64,000 nucleotides of DNA from Pristiophorus japonicus (Eukaryota): contig NC_091991.1 in the NCBI RefSeq assembly GCF_044704955.1, forward strand, positions 5,146,001 through 5,210,000, in the 5' to 3' direction. This document shows positions 60,401-64,000 of this stretch, piece after piece (position 1 is the stretch's first letter; every line of letters starts with the position of its first letter). Below the pieces are notes generated by a model. It saw only the letters and a list, made by a program, of their open reading frames with translations, did not search any database and had not been told where the DNA came from. The position numbers were made by a program, and so were the translations under genes.

Positions 60401-63078
60401 AGTAAAGAAAATGCATCAGTACCTGTTTGGGCTAAAATTCGAATTGGAAACTGACCATAAGCCACTTATATCCCTGTTTTCCGAGAGTAAAGGGATAAAT
60501 ACCAACGCATCGGCCCGCAATCAGAGATGGGCACTCACGTTGTCCGCATACAATTACGCCATCCGCCACAGGCCAGGCACAGAAAACTGCGCCGATGCTC
60601 TCAGTAGGCTGCCATTGCCCATCACGGGAGTGGAAATGGCGCAGCCCGCAGATCTAGCCATGGTTATGGAAACATTTGAGCATGAGCAATCACCTGTTCC
60701 TGCCCGGCAGATCAAAACCTGGACAAGCCAGGACCCCTTATTATCTCTCGTCAAAAGCTGTGTGCTTCACGGCTTCAAAAGCTGGTCCAGTGTCCAGTGG
60801 AAATGCAGGAAGGGATAAAGCGGTTCCAGTGGCGTAAAGATAAAATGTCTATACAGGCAGACTGCCTTCAGTGGGGCAATTGAGAGTGGTCCCCAAGAAG
60901 GGCAGAAATACCTTCATCAATGACCTCCACAGTACCCACCCAGGTATCGTAATGATGAAAGCGATAACCAGATCCCACGTGTGATGGCTTGGTATCGATG
61001 CGGACTTAAGAGTCCTGCATTCACAGATGCAATACATGCTCGCAGTTAAGAAATGTACCCAGGGAGGCGCCGCTAAGTTTATGGTCTTGGCCCTCCAAAC
61101 CTTGGTCTAGGGTACACGTCGAGTATGCAGGCCCGTTCTTGAGTAAAATGTTCCTCGTGGTTGTAGACGCGTACTCCAAGTGGATTGAATGTGAGATAGT
61201 GTCGGCTAGCACGTCCGCTGCCACTGCTGAAAGCCTGCGGGCCATGTTTGCCACACACGGCTTACCCGATTTCCTGGTGAGCCACAATGGGCCATGTTTT
61301 ACTAGTGCTGAGTTCAAAGAATTCATGACCTGTAACGGGATCAAACATGTCACATCTGCCCCGTTTGAACCAGTGTCCAATGGTCAGGCAGAGAGAGCAG
61401 TGCAAGCCATCAAGCAAGGTTTGTAGAGGGTAACTGAAGGCCTATCCCAAGTCCTGCTTAGCTACCGCACGAGACCCCACTCTCACTGGGATCCCACCTG
61501 CTGAACTGCTCATGAAAAGAGCACTTAAGACAAGGTTCTCATTAGTTCACCCTGATTTACATGAACAGGTAGAGAGCAGGTGGCTTCAACAAAGTGCATA
61601 CCGTGATAGCGCAAATGTGTCACGTGAGATTGAAATCGTTGATCCTGGTTTTGTATTACATTATGGACAAGGTCCCAAGTGGCTTCCCGGCACTGCCGTG
61701 GCTCAAGAGGCGAGCAGGGTGTTTCGGGTCAAACTTTCAAATGGACTCATTCACTGGAAACACTTGGACCAAATCAAACACAGATTCATGGACTATCCTG
61801 AGCAACCCACCTTGGACCCTACCTTTTATGATCCCCCAACATATACACCAGTGGCAACCGGCACCACGGTTGACCATGAAGCAGAACCCATCATCCACAT
61901 CAGCCCTGCAGGGCCCAACACACCAGGCAGCCCAGCGAGGGCCCAACAAATGATTCAACAACACCAGCTTTCACACCGAGACGATCAACCAGGGCAAGAA
62001 GGGCCCCAGATCGACTCACATTGTAAATAGTTACACTACTGACTTTGGAAGGGGGGGGGGAAGTGTTATATATGTGGACTTGGACTTGTATTTATTCTGT
62101 ACAGCCACCAAAGGGCTCATCCCCTGTAGTCCCAAGGGATCTCATAATCCCTTGGGAGCATAGGTATTTAAGGAGGCTTCACAGGTTGGAGAGGCATTCT
62201 GGATACCTGCAATAAAAGACTACGGTCATACTTTACTTTGAGCTCACAGTGTTCAGTCTGACTCTTTCTCCATACACCACCTTTGGCTCGTTTGCCGTGA
62301 AGGAGTTCCAAGTAGAGCACTTGCTTTGGGAGTCTCGTGTCTGGCATGCGAACAATGTGGCCTGCCCAGCGGAGCTGATCTAAGTGTGGTCAGTGCTTCG
62401 ATGCTGGGGATGTTGGCCTGATCGAGGACGCTAACATTGGTGCGTCTGTCCTCCCAGGGGATTTGCGGGATCTTGCGGAGATATCATTGGTGGTATTTCT
62501 CCAACAACTTGAGGTGTCTCTACTGTACATGGTCCATGTCGCTGAGCCATACAGGAGTGCGGGTATTACTACAGCCCTATAGACCATGAGCTTGGTAGCA
62601 GATTGGAGGGCCTAGTCTTCAAACACTCTTTTCCTCAGGCGGCCGAAGGCTGCACTGGAGGCGGTGTTGAATCTCGACATCAATGTCTGCTCATGGTAAG
62701 AGGCTCCCGAGATATGGGAAATGGCCAGGGCTGTGCCGTGGATCTTGATGACTGGGGGGCAGTGCTGTGCGGCGGGGACAGGCTGGTGGAGGACCCTTGT
62801 CTTACAGATATTTAGTGTAAGGCCCATGCTTTCGTATGCCTCAGTAAATACTTGACTATGACTTGGAATTCAGCCTCTGTGTGCGCAGGCGCAGATGTCG
62901 TCTGCGTACCGTAGGTCGACGACAGGGCTTGGGATGGTCTTGGACCTGGCCTGGAGACGACGAAAGTTGAACAGGTTCCCACTGGTTCTGTAGTTTAGTT
63001 CCACTCCAGCGGGGAGTTTGTTGAGTGTGAGGTGGAGCATGCCAGCGAGGAAGACTGAGAAGAGGGTTGGGGCGATAA
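57440..63078 (-). mobile_element. RTE LINE 3' part (57440-57791 and 62282-63078) interrupted by a Gypsy element
   Basis: CTCTGCCCACC|TTTGGCTCGTTTGCC rejoins across the Gypsy; (GAT)n tail at ~57441-57450. Confidence 0.88.
57792..62277 (+). mobile_element. Full-length decayed Ty3/Gypsy LTR retrotransposon
   Basis: LTRs at 57792-57997 and 62064-62277; PBS TGGCGACGAG (tRNA-Ser-like) at 58000; polypurine tract ~62047-62063; TSD CACC. Gag, protease, RT (WASPIVPV, QYPLP), RNase H (ETDHKPL) and integrase (VVDAYSKW, SNGQAER) occur in Gypsy order with stops and frameshifts. Confidence 0.95.
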
Positions 63079-63264
63079 TAGGAGTGATGAAACTCTGCGC
63101 ACTTAAATCATTTACATTGTTAATTTAAATGTTAATATTATCGAAATCAATGTAATGGGAGAACAGGAGCAACTTTGAACAAATACCAATAAAGTGCTTG
63201 TACAGTTTTTGAAATCTGGGCCACATTTCGCTAATGTAAGTGATGGTTTTCTTTTTAATTCTAG

Positions 63265-63510
63265 TCCTGGGATCGGATTCTTGCTAAAGCAGCCCTGGAA
63301 TGGAGCAAGAACTGTGTTTTCAAACACAATACCGACCTGAAAGTGCACGGAAAACTTCATCCAGTATTCACCTCTGTTGGAGAAAACATCTATGTCACAT
63401 CTGGTTCCACTTTAAATGTCAGTCGTGCAATAACAAACTGGTATAACGAAGTTATTCACTATGATTATGCTTCACAAAGGTGCACAAAAGTATGTGGACA
63501 TTACACCCAG
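63265..63510 (+). CDS. GLIPR1: GLIPR1-like CAP/SCP-domain protein, coding exon 2
   Basis: ttctag acceptor and gtaatc donor; 246 nt, phase 0/0. Reads SWDRILAKAALEWSKNCVFKHN...LHPVFTSVGENIY...WYNEV..YDY...CTKVCGHYTQ (CAP signature). Confidence 0.93.
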
Positions 63511-64000
63511 GTAATCTATTTGTACAAATAATTTAATTGATCAAAATAACAGCATTATCCTACAACTGTTTGCAGTTTCTTAGCAATAAATAATTTAGCC
63601 ATATGACCTGCAGTTCTTTCAAAATTCAGTTGCATAAACCATGTATAAGCTGTATGCCAATGGTGCCTCCAACACCATTCACTGAAGTGTTAGTTGCGCA
63701 GACTGCTTTTCCCTCCACTAGTGAAGAAATGGTGATTGGAGTTGCTGACATTTCTACTTTTGTTTGGTCTGACCAAAGGAGAGATACCAAATGTTGGGAG
63801 GAATTAGGCACAAGGTTGAATATAGACAGTAGAAAATTTAGCAACTTTTGTATTCAGTGTAAAAAGTCTGTTTTTGAAATAGCTGCTTTTGTAATTAACA
63901 AAGCAATCTATCCTCTTTCTTCGCACTCTCCTTTACAGTTCTGCATCCCCAGAAATGAACGTAATGTGTTTTCCAGCTAAATTATAAGTCGCAAGAACAT

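Overview
Eukaryotic, repeat-dense vertebrate DNA, most likely a cartilaginous fish (shark), judged from DeuSINE/SacSINE1-like SINEs and the CR1, L2, RTE and Tx1 LINE families. I reconstructed three spliced host genes by hand; the ORF track mostly misses them. (1) The 5' part of CAPS2 (calcyphosine-2) on the minus strand: a probable non-coding exon at ~22055-22100 with an RFX X-box, plus four phase-compatible coding exons from 19034 down to 10259. The gene presumably continues off the left edge. (2) A complete six-exon, 299-aa RIC3/CCDC107-family membrane protein gene on the minus strand (42925-27203). (3) The first two coding exons of a GLIPR1-like CAP-domain gene on the plus strand (48118-48303, 63265-63510). 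Two full-length 5S rRNA genes with shared flanks lie in CAPS2 introns, and a ~6.83-kb direct-repeat spacing at the window edge suggests a 5S-containing tandem unit. Both minus-strand genes have first introns that open with G-rich minisatellites reiterating their own 5' splice site. The rest is nested transposons, including a young CR1 with an intact endonuclease-RT frame and a chimeric 5' end, a full-length decayed Gypsy, solo LTRs, Tx1 inserts with TSDs and several MITEs. All family names rest on recalled sequence motifs, not database searches.
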